Program-made: the position numbers and the translations under genes
Notes under the pieces: model-generated
The model's input: the letters and a program-made list of their open reading frames with translations, nothing else
Databases searched by the model: none
What the model was told of the DNA's origin: nothing
Part shown: positions 1 through 6,974 of the stretch, piece by piece
How positions within the stretch are numbered: the stretch's first letter is position 1
How the letters are laid out: every line of letters begins with the position of its first letter
Virus record (IMG/VR): IMGVR_UViG_3300028558_000016
Coordinates: 1-64,000 of that record
DNA length: 64,000 nucleotides
Strand: one strand, 5' to 3'

Positions 1-308
1 TAAGTGCCCTCTTCTAAATCTAAGAATTTGTTCCAGGACCTAATAAGTCCCTCTATGTTGTCCTTGCCGACACTGTTTGCACTATGGACGTTTATGTCCA
101 CGTTCCTGAGATCGTATTTCATCTCATGGATCATCCACTTGACGCAATCGTATCCTGTTGGTATTCCGTCTCCAAGGTCATGGTCGAATGACATTTCGTT
201 TGGAAGTCCTTTGTCAATTATAACATTCTTGAACTCCTCAAAGTTTCTCACTATGGTCCATCCCTCAAAAAATGGAATCCTTTCGTCATCCAAATATAGC
301 TTGTACAT
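1..308 (-). CDS. Cyclic-phosphate processing receiver domain protein (cREC-like); stop codon straddles window edge
   Basis: Not in the ORF track. Manual translation: MYKLYLDDERIPFFEGWTIVRNFEEF...EMSFDHDLGDGIPTGYDCVKW...VHSANSVG. The LYLDDxR, SFDHDLG and VHSAN motifs are typical of this RNA-repair-associated receiver family. Confidence 0.75.
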   Translation of the reverse strand, partial: MYKLYLDDERIPFFEGWTIVRNFEEFKNVIIDKGLPNEMSFDHDLGDGIPTGYDCVKWMIHEMKYDLRNVDINVHSANSVGKDNIEGLIRSWNKFLDLEEGT

Positions 309-309
309 C

Positions 310-495
310 TTATTCAGGTTTTAAATGCGGGAACAATTTATAAAAACGTTTCCATGCTGTCTTGCGGCATTTTTTAGGATACCTTATTTTGTTCCTATTA
401 TCTCCGCTGCTTCCAACATGTGTGTGCTTGTTATCGCGTCTGTCTGGTTTAGGCATTTGCTTATAACTCCACCATCTATGCCATCTCGATTCCAT
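310..495 (-). CDS. Small basic hypothetical protein
   Basis: 61 aa ORF packed between the HAD and cREC genes on the same strand; Arg/Lys/Trp-rich. Confidence 0.55.
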   Translation of the reverse strand: MESRWHRWWSYKQMPKPDRRDNKHTHVGSSGDNRNKIRYPKKCRKTAWKRFYKLFPHLKPE

Positions 496-496
496 A

Positions 497-1039
497 TTAA
501 TAATTTTTTAGCTTATGAATATCTTCAGGTCCGTTTAGCACAACCCAATCTCTGTCCTTAAACACAAAATGAATTGTAAGCTTTATGTCAGGCCTCTTCG
601 TCCACAGCTCAGTGAAATTCTCAATGTGTTCGATCATGTCATCAAAGAATTCTATCTCCTTAACGTCAGGATAATGCTCATCGATTATTCTTATCGCTCG
701 GTCAACCTTCTTTTTCCCGTCATACTTCAATGAATGGTGATGGAAATAAAGCTTGTTCTTCTCGAGTATTGGCATGATGTTTGGCTTTAGCCTATACATC
801 CTGTTTGTCAACACAACCTTTGCTGCAGTGTAATCCTCAGTTGCACGCATGTAATGAGGAAGTATACACTCCAACGGTTTAATGTTGAATTCAGGCATGA
901 GGCTTTCCCATCTACCCCACCAACCATTATGAGGATATGGAACACCTTTAATCCTCTCGTATTCCTTCTTCCCTTCATCGGGAAGAGGAACATCGAGAAG
1001 AGTGCCGTCCATGTCAAATATGTAAAGTTTTGTTATCAT
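497..1039 (-). CDS. HAD-family phosphatase, Swiss Army Knife RNA-repair-like HAD
   Basis: N-terminal FDMDGT motif, GWWG segment, C-terminal FFDD motif; adjacent to an RNA ligase. Confidence 0.75.
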   Translation of the reverse strand: MITKLYIFDMDGTLLDVPLPDEGKKEYERIKGVPYPHNGWWGRWESLMPEFNIKPLECILPHYMRATEDYTAAKVVLTNRMYRLKPNIMPILEKNKLYFHHHSLKYDGKKKVDRAIRIIDEHYPDVKEIEFFDDMIEHIENFTELWTKRPDIKLTIHFVFKDRDWVVLNGPEDIHKLKNY

Positions 1040-1065
1040 TTATTTCTATTTACTAATTTACTAAA

Positions 1066-2487
1066 TTAAACAATTACATTATAGCCTTTGATCAAATCGT
1101 TGTACAATTCTTTACCATCGAAATCCATCATGTATCTCTTAGAGCTTTTTGGACCTCCGATGAAATCAAAGAAGAACCCTTGGTGCTTCTTCAACTTTCT
1201 TTCTACAACAAATCTCATTACTTTTGCTGCCAACTTCTTTCTCAAGTTGGTCGCAGTTTCATCGCCTCTGTCGGAAGCACATTCTCTTATAGAAGATATT
1301 TCATCACGAGTGAATCCCAGCTTCTCAAAATCAACTGTGTCGATCTCAGCGATGTCTTTCACGTGAGTCAATCCAAGCTTAGCAAGAACATCTGCTCTCA
1401 AACCTCTCGATTCAAAAGTGATTGCATCCTTGTGCTTTCTGTATTCAATGAACTCCTCGTAAGTGGAAATTTCAGAAGTCAACTTGTCAATTTCTTTTAA
1501 AGTTCTCTTCCATCCTTCTTGCAAGTGTTCAATCTCTTCTCCTCTTCCTGGGAAAGTCGCCTTGTATTCGTTCACGTTGTCCTCACCAGATCTAACGATG
1601 TCGATCAATCTCCAGAACGCAGTTGAGTCCTTGAAGAAGTGGATTGCACAGTAAGCTGGATTCTTCATTTTTACACGAGGGTATCCAAACTCAGTATGCT
1701 TTCCATAATCACAAACAACATAACCTTCCTCACGGTAAGTCATGCCATCGAAAGACTCTTTCAATTTATCTGGAGAAGAATTCAATGCAAGAGTTGGAGC
1801 CATTGGCACACCAAGATCTTTTGATATAATCTCAAGATCAACGAAAGAAACTTCTTCCAAAGTATCAAGCTTTCTTGCACCCAACAAATAGACAGCACTG
1901 TCTTGGTGTGGTGTAACAACAATGTTGTACTTAGTACAAAGCTCAAACGCCAAAGTATATCCATCATATTTCTTAAACAAAGCTTTTACCCACTCAGTTC
2001 TAAGATCACAATGTTCCATCATTCTCACATCGTCATCTTCTCTCTTAACAGTCTCCATGAAAGCGTGAACGAACAAATCCGAGAATGTTCCTCCAAGCTT
2101 AGTATAGTGAAAGTTATCCACATCACCTTCTCCGTTAGCAGTTCCAGTTGTTCCGAAGCAAACTTCTCCTGTAACGTAATCAGTGTAAACGTGAATCATT
2201 GTTCCATCCATCTTTTTGAAGATCCTTGCAGACTCCCAGTTTATAGGTGCTGCGTGTCCTTCTCCAAGGTTGAAGAATTTTCTGAATGCAATGGACATAA
2301 CTCTCCAAGTATCTTTCTCAACTACAAGTCCTCTCGCATCTCTAACTTCCTCGTTAGTGAAGTTGGATTCGATAGAATCGTACTTAAGCAATACCTTGTG
2401 AGGATAGTCCTTGTGCTTCAATTTGAAGTCAGCAAGAGTCTTCTCAAGACCGTGCTCTTTTAGGTATTTTGTTATTGCGAGTTCCAT
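1066..2487 (-). CDS. rnl1: T4 Rnl1-like RNA ligase with C-terminal extension
   Basis: EVRDARGLVVE, AFRKFFNLGE, motif I KMDGT, AFEL, EEGYVV, RVKMK. Confidence 0.85.
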   Translation of the reverse strand: MELAITKYLKEHGLEKTLADFKLKHKDYPHKVLLKYDSIESNFTNEEVRDARGLVVEKDTWRVMSIAFRKFFNLGEGHAAPINWESARIFKKMDGTMIHVYTDYVTGEVCFGTTGTANGEGDVDNFHYTKLGGTFSDLFVHAFMETVKREDDDVRMMEHCDLRTEWVKALFKKYDGYTLAFELCTKYNIVVTPHQDSAVYLLGARKLDTLEEVSFVDLEIISKDLGVPMAPTLALNSSPDKLKESFDGMTYREEGYVVCDYGKHTEFGYPRVKMKNPAYCAIHFFKDSTAFWRLIDIVRSGEDNVNEYKATFPGRGEEIEHLQEGWKRTLKEIDKLTSEISTYEEFIEYRKHKDAITFESRGLRADVLAKLGLTHVKDIAEIDTVDFEKLGFTRDEISSIRECASDRGDETATNLRKKLAAKVMRFVVERKLKKHQGFFFDFIGGPKSSKRYMMDFDGKELYNDLIKGYNVIV

Positions 2488-2498
2488 TTCAAATATGA

Positions 2499-3023
2499 TT
2501 AGTAATGTTTACTTTTTCTTTTCTTTTTTCTACAAACAAGGTCAGCAGCGCAAGAAGCCGCGTAGGCATCTGGCTTTGATCTTACCCTGTATCCGGCAGC
2601 TCTTATGAATCCCATTCCAGAATCGTAAGCAATGTTGCTTTTCCATCTTGGATTTGGATTCAAGTCAAGGTCGATGTCAACAAGCTTCTCCATTGGAGAA
2701 ATTCTTGCATAAACCCCTTCAAGCTCCTTTTCAAGGTATTCGCCAACAGCGAAAGCTCGTTCAACTTCGCCCCAAAGCTTTGAATACATGTCCTTAGCTC
2801 TTGGAACGTTGTCAATACTGAAAATGTAGTGGGCACCTGCACCAACGTGGTATACAAGAACAACCGTTGCATAACGTGTCTTGTTTTTTTGATGCTCGGA
2901 GTCACATCCAACATAGATGCGGATTCCGTTTGGTGATGTGGACATGTGAGTCTTGATGTATTCCCTCATGTAGATACCGAGGTCATCAATGAATGCACCG
3001 CCAAATTTTTTAAAGTTTTTCAT
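2499..3023 (-). CDS. RNase H-like YkuK/DUF458 family protein
   Basis: IYVGCDS, GAGAHYIF, KLWGEV, DIDLDLN and KPDAYAASCAAD motifs. Confidence 0.8.
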   Translation of the reverse strand: MKNFKKFGGAFIDDLGIYMREYIKTHMSTSPNGIRIYVGCDSEHQKNKTRYATVVLVYHVGAGAHYIFSIDNVPRAKDMYSKLWGEVERAFAVGEYLEKELEGVYARISPMEKLVDIDLDLNPNPRWKSNIAYDSGMGFIRAAGYRVRSKPDAYAASCAADLVCRKKKRKSKHY

Positions 3024-3139
3024 TTTCGTTTCTCCTTTCTCTGTGTGTTTGTTTTAACAGCATAAAAGAGAGAAACACACGTCTCAAAATTATACCGGTT
3101 TTTATCGGTTTGTTTCTGAGAACGCGTTTGGAAACTAAT

Positions 3140-3337
3140 CTAATTCATTTCGAACCATCTTCGTTTAAACATTATTCTCAGCCTCGCGTAAGTACGAAGT
3201 CGCGACCATTTAAAATAGACGCTTTTTGTAGTCCTATTTGACCCTCGCGGGGAAACATGACCACATCTTTTTATTAGAATGTGTTCTGCACATTTTAAAT
3301 CTTCAAACTCCTTCATATTACAATCTTTAAAGTCCAT
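3140..3337 (-). CDS. Hypothetical protein
   Basis: 65 aa ORF co-oriented with neighbours; no motif recognised. Confidence 0.45.
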   Translation of the reverse strand: MDFKDCNMKEFEDLKCAEHILIKRCGHVSPRGSNRTTKSVYFKWSRLRTYARLRIMFKRRWFEMN

Positions 3338-3355
3338 TTAATATTATATATCATT

Positions 3356-3646
3356 TTAAAATAATCCATTCTCGAGTATGTCAACGTGTTTCTTCAAAAC
3401 ATCTCCGTGACAACTTGACGGTTTGCACCAACATCCTAAAGTTTTTCCTTTTAATTCTCCCAATCGATCCATCAGGTCTTTATTGTTCAAAAGGTATTCC
3501 TCGTATTTTTCAATTGCTTCCTTTCTCGAGGAAACCTTAAACTCAGCAAGAGTTCCCTCTTTATGAGAATAAGGATTTCCCCAAATGGAAGGACGTCCAA
3601 TATAGACGTCGTACTTATCTTTCTTACAGTGGACAACTTTACACAT
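3356..3646 (-). CDS. DUF4326 domain protein
   Basis: VVHCKK..DVYIGRPSIWGNPY...LKGKTLGCWCKP..CHGDVL. Confidence 0.85.
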   Translation of the reverse strand: MCKVVHCKKDKYDVYIGRPSIWGNPYSHKEGTLAEFKVSSRKEAIEKYEEYLLNNKDLMDRLGELKGKTLGCWCKPSSCHGDVLKKHVDILENGLF

Positions 3647-3657
3647 TAATTAATTTC

Positions 3658-4347
3658 TTATGCGTGCAGCTGTCTAATGTTTCCCTTGTACAACTCCTTG
3701 ATGGTTATTTTTCTTCCTGTTACGTGATCAAGAACAAAACCATCCTGTTCTCTGTAAGTTCTTCTCTTGTCGTTTCTGTTTCCATAACCGATTTGATTGA
3801 ACCTCGTCTCTTTCACCTTGGCACCTATCGCACCATCATTAATGTCCTTGAGCCTTTCTTCAAGTCGTGCCCAAGCAGTCTCTTCATTTTTTTCTCTGGT
3901 CCTGTGCTCTTCAACTCTCACTATCATTCCAGTTGGAATATGAGTCAACACGCAAACAGTTTCTACCTTGTTTCGGTTTTGACCGCCGTTACCAGATCCA
4001 CGAGTGTACTTTCGATGCACGTCGTTTCTATTTAAGACAAATTTTGGTTGGGAGTTTTCTTCCATTACAGCTACCGTCACGGTGCTGGTCTGTACTCTTC
4101 CTCTCTTTTCAGTTGGAGGAACTCTTTGCCATCTATGTCCGCCTGATTCGTTCTCAAAGAACTTCCTGACTCCGTTTCCAGTCAGTCATAGCGAGACATA
4201 ACCTGGCATTCAGTGTTCTACTGCAGAAGCAAATTGATTGATGCTTGCGGCCTTTTGATAAATGTCCGCCATTTCATTGACGAGGAGCTTTGCATCTTCT
4301 CCTCCTTCTGCTGCTCGAATTTCGAGCTTGATCTTTTCTGTTTTCAT
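3658..4347 (-). CDS. Short class I peptide chain release factor (RF1/PrfH-like, 229 aa) with two in-frame TGA codons (4210-4212, 4186-4188)
   Basis: Manual translation from ATG 4347: [22 protein letters not shown]...[52 protein letters not shown]...TRGSGNGGQNRNKVET. The RF motifs EIRAxxGG, ESGGHRxQRVP (PxT) and GGQ lie in one frame; the track ORF 3658..4080 is only the 3' part. Confidence 0.85.
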
Positions 4348-4427
4348 TTTTTATTCGGGTTTATATTTAAAAATTAAGTACACTCGCCTTTCAACCGAGA
4401 TTAAGGAATACGGAATTTCTTCCATGC

Positions 4428-5015
4428 CTACTTAAGTTTCTTTTTCTTTGTCAATTCTATTAATTTCTCTCTTGCCAATTGTTGTTCAACATAATCAGCG
4501 ATAATTACTATAGTTGAATCGCTTATCCACATGTGGCTTCTTCCGTTCACAGTAAGAGAAAAATCTCCATCACTTGGATCAAGAACAACCTCTGTTATCT
4601 TCTTGATTGGATTGTGCTTCTCTTTATCTTTCGCATCTCGTTCTAACGAGAATTTTGCCATTATGTCGCTGTTCCATTTCTTTGCATTTTTCTTGCTTTC
4701 TCCGGTGTAATTGAAATACTCAACATATTCTTTCAAAGGATTTCCTCCGTTTGCATTATTCAAACCACCTTTTAAAGTGTTTGCGTCTTCCATAATGACG
4801 TTTAAGTTTGTCCAGTCCTTCACCTTCTTCCAATTCTTATTCACATACACCTTCGCACATTCAGCAACTATTTGCATTGCTGCAATGTGTTGTCTATATT
4901 CGTTGTAGAAATTAGATGTCACAGAAAATTTTGAAGATTGCACTGTCTTTTCGTTTTCCTTGTCAGTCATCGAAACCGGGCGCATCATCATTCCATATAT
5001 CTCATTCTTTTTCAT
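4428..5015 (-). CDS. Hypothetical protein
   Basis: 195 aa ORF with phage-like codon composition. Confidence 0.7.
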   Translation of the reverse strand: MKKNEIYGMMMRPVSMTDKENEKTVQSSKFSVTSNFYNEYRQHIAAMQIVAECAKVYVNKNWKKVKDWTNLNVIMEDANTLKGGLNNANGGNPLKEYVEYFNYTGESKKNAKKWNSDIMAKFSLERDAKDKEKHNPIKKITEVVLDPSDGDFSLTVNGRSHMWISDSTIVIIADYVEQQLAREKLIELTKKKKLK

Positions 5016-5271
5016 CTTCTTTTATTGTTAGGTCGATTTCTACTATCTTCCATGTCAAACATTCTTCGAGATTCTCCACAAAAACAGGATGAACCTGATT
5101 ATCTCCTTTTTCTTTTCTCAACCAAACACCTTTGTTCCATTGAGAAACCCACCAGCCTATAGTTCCATCTGGTGCTTTAACTTTAATTTTATTTAAACCG
5201 CCAAATCCTTCAGGAAGATCAGCAATGGTTTTTATCTCCTTGCCTTCAAGAATTATCTTTTTGTTTTTCAT
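5002..5271 (-). CDS. Hypothetical protein
   Basis: 89 aa ORF directly downstream of the last tRNA. Confidence 0.65.
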   Translation of the reverse strand: MKNKKIILEGKEIKTIADLPEGFGGLNKIKVKAPDGTIGWWVSQWNKGVWLRKEKGDNQVHPVFVENLEECLTWKIVEIDLTIKEDEKE

Positions 5272-5297
5272 AAAAGTAAATGTAATAAAAAATTTTG

Positions 5298-5370
5298 AGC
5301 CGATGACAGGGATCGAACCTGCGACCTCCTCTTTACGAAAGAGGCGCTCTACCAGCTGAGCTACATCGGC
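5298..5370 (-). tRNA. tRNA-Thr(CGT)
   Basis: GCCGATG acceptor, GCTC/GAGC D-stem, CCTCT-TTCGTAA-AGAGG anticodon arm, GCAGG-TTCGATC-CCTGT T-arm. Confidence 0.95.
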
Positions 5371-5374
5371 AAAT

Positions 5375-5457
5375 GAAACCGAGCTTTTATTTAGGGACTT
5401 AAGGCAGGTTGCTCTGCTCTGATATTTGCCCAGGAGAATCTTACTCCTATCGGTTTC
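5375..5457 (-). ncRNA. Candidate structured small RNA (element D) in the tRNA array
   Basis: 8-bp closing stem GAAACCGA/TCGGTTTC enclosing the hairpins TAGGAG/CTCCTG and GGCA/TGCC. Confidence 0.4.
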
Positions 5458-5547
5458 TCATGGCTTGTCGTCCTGAAACATTTTGTATACAAGCCAACCC
5501 ATCACAATAACTGCAATGACAATAACTATGTAACAAAATATATCCAT
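5458..5547 (-). CDS. 29-aa single-TM micropeptide
   Basis: Manual translation MDIFCYIVIVIAVIVMGWLVYKMFQDDKP*, lying between RNA genes. Confidence 0.45.
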   Translation of the reverse strand: MDIFCYIVIVIAVIVMGWLVYKMFQDDKP

Positions 5548-5548
5548 G

Positions 5549-5634
5549 TGCAGTAGGTGAGATTCGAACTCACAACCCCCTGATTGGAAGTCAGGTGCTC
5601 TATGCTTTCGCGTCCAATTAGGAGCTACTACTGC
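5549..5634 (-). tRNA. Atypical tRNA with TCC (Gly) anticodon, enlarged D-loop, Lys/Arg-like body
   Basis: GCAGTAG/CTACTGC acceptor with A73, 21-nt D-loop containing GC-GAAA-GC, anticodon arm CCTGA-CTTCCAA-TCAGG. Confidence 0.8.
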
Positions 5635-5660
5635 AAGTGCGAACTTTCCATCGCATTAAT

Positions 5661-5720
5661 TGGAGCAACCTCAGTTAACTGATTCGCATTTCTGCGAGGG
5701 GGGAGTTAACCTCTGGTTGC
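5661..5720 (-). ncRNA. CCA-ended hairpin RNA (element A)
   Basis: GCAACC..GTTAAC..TCGCA-GAAA-TGCGA..GTTAAC..GGTTGC-T-CCA. Confidence 0.6.
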
Positions 5721-5725
5721 GTAAT

Positions 5726-5773
5726 TGGAGCCGAGGGGCCGTTCTCCAACGGTGAGTTCCCTTTCAACTCGGC
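5726..5773 (-). ncRNA. CCA-ended hairpin RNA (element B)
   Basis: GCCGAG..GGG..CCGTT-GGAG-AACGG-CCC-CTCGGC-T-CCA. Confidence 0.6.
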
Positions 5774-5778
5774 ATGTG

Positions 5779-5869
5779 CGGGGAAGATTGGAATCGAACC
5801 AATTAGTTTGATTTGCAGAAGACATTCTTTTTAAACAGAATGGTGCTCAGCCACCCGAGCATCTTCCCC
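5779..5869 (-). tRNA. Aberrant tRNA (Cys GCA-like remnant) with inserted hairpin; possible pseudo-tRNA
   Basis: GGGGAAG/CTTCCCC acceptor, GCTC/GAGC D-stem, ATTGG-TTCGATT-CCAAT T-arm. The central region has a CATTCT/AGAATG hairpin followed by CT-GCA-AA-TCAAA-CTA. Confidence 0.6.
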
Positions 5870-5874
5870 TTTTA

Positions 5875-6057
5875 TTATTTTCTCTTTCTCTCTTCGTCTA
5901 AATATCTATCATGTTCGTCTTTTGAATAGATCTCATAGTAACCACATTTTACTTTGTAATAAAATGGTGACATGTATTTCCATTCCTTGTTAACATCAAT
6001 GAATTTAGATTTTTCTAAAATCTGATTTTCCTCATCCGTCGGTTTGATTGTAATCAT
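5875..6057 (-). CDS. Hypothetical protein
   Basis: Track ORF 5875..6120; the in-frame ATG at 6057 (MITIKPT...) is the likelier start. Confidence 0.5.
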   Translation of the reverse strand: MITIKPTDEENQILEKSKFIDVNKEWKYMSPFYYKVKCGYYEIYSKDEHDRYLDEERKRK

Positions 6058-6195
6058 CGTTTTGTTTTTAGTTATTAAATAGGATGGGAAAACTTTAAGC
6101 GATAGTCTTTCGACAGGCAAGTTATTTTTTCATCGATGATTGATCAAGTCACCTCAAAATAAAATACTTTTCTACACTTCAGCACTTTCCCTCTG

Positions 6196-6268
6196 AGCGG
6201 AAAACGGGGCTCGAACCCGCGACCTTAACCTTGGCAAGGTTACGCTCTACCAACTGAGCTATTTCCGC
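6196..6268 (-). tRNA. tRNA-Gly(GCC)
   Basis: GCGGAAA acceptor, U73, TAACC-TTGCCAA-GGTTA; canonical cloverleaf. Confidence 0.95.
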
Positions 6269-6269
6269 A

Positions 6270-6400
6270 TGGTGCAGTGTAATTAAAAGGGTTGGACTTA
6301 TCTTCCATTCGTCAATGGCTCTTACCAACTTTCGATGTCACGATTAATTTTAAGCGCAAAACGATTCTATTGTCGAATTTTCTATTTGCGCCGACACTGC
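6270..6400 (-). ncRNA. 131-nt multi-stem RNA with 7-bp acceptor-like stem and ACCA end (element C)
   Basis: GCAGTGT/ACACTGC-A-CCA closing; internal stems GCGCAAA/TTTGCGC, AATTAA/TTAATT, GTTGG/CCAAC, CCATT-GACG-AATGG. Confidence 0.6.
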
Positions 6401-6407
6401 ATTTTTG

Positions 6408-6480
6408 AGCGGGAGACGAGGTTCGAACTCGCGACCTATAGCTTGGAAGGCTATCGCTCTACCAACTGAGCTACTCCCGC
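6408..6480 (-). tRNA. tRNA-Gly(TCC)
   Basis: GCGGGAG acceptor, U73, ATAGC-CTTCCAA-GCTAT; canonical. Confidence 0.95.
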
Positions 6481-6518
6481 GTGCGGACATTGTTTCGGGT
6501 ACAACGTCCAAAACCTAA

Positions 6519-6592
6519 TGGGGCCAGGATCGAACTCGCGTCCGACGAATGGAAGCTAATGAGGCCATCCAAACCGCTCATTATCGCCTGGC
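6519..6592 (-). ncRNA. 74-nt CCA-ended tRNA-like RNA lacking canonical arms (element E)
   Basis: GCCAGG/CCTGGC-C-CCA closing, TAATGAG/CTCATTA hairpin, GAGTTCGATC T-loop-like motif without a T-stem. Confidence 0.55.
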
Positions 6593-6645
6593 ATTTGTTG
6601 ATGATACACAACATTATATACCGACTGTATAAAAATGTTTTAATG

Positions 6646-6718
6646 TGACCCCGGTGGGGATCGAACCCACAACCACCTGATTAAGAGTCAGGAGCTCCAC
6701 CAATTGAGCTACAGAGTC
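6646..6718 (-). tRNA. tRNA-Lys(CTT)
   Basis: GACTCTG/CGGGGTC acceptor, CCTGA-CTCTTAA-TCAGG. Confidence 0.95.
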
Positions 6719-6748
6719 ATTTTGTTGATGCAATACGTCAAAGATCGT

Positions 6749-6973
6749 TCATTTCATGAAAAGATGTTTAATTCTTTCCATATCTACTTCAATAGTTTTA
6801 ATGTTCAACTTCTCTCCAGTCTTTTTAAAATGATCATACCAAAGTCTAACCTTTTCAGATTTTATTATCTGACCATTATAATTTTTCCTTTTCAACCATT
6901 CCTTTCCAAAATATAAAATTCGTTTTTCTGTTATTCTCGAATTCATTATATGTTTAAAAACTTTTTCAATCAT
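6749..6973 (-). CDS. Hypothetical protein within the tRNA array
   Basis: 74 aa ORF fitting exactly between two tRNAs. Confidence 0.55.
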   Translation of the reverse strand: MIEKVFKHIMNSRITEKRILYFGKEWLKRKNYNGQIIKSEKVRLWYDHFKKTGEKLNIKTIEVDMERIKHLFMK

Positions 6974-6974
6974 G

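Noticed and set aside
5822-5842. Ochre suppressor (TTA) or Leu(TAA) reading of the hairpin in the 5779-5869 tRNA
   Set aside because: The loop is 8 nt, spacing from the D-stem is non-standard, and a Cys-like anticodon remnant follows. A suppressor call is not supportable.
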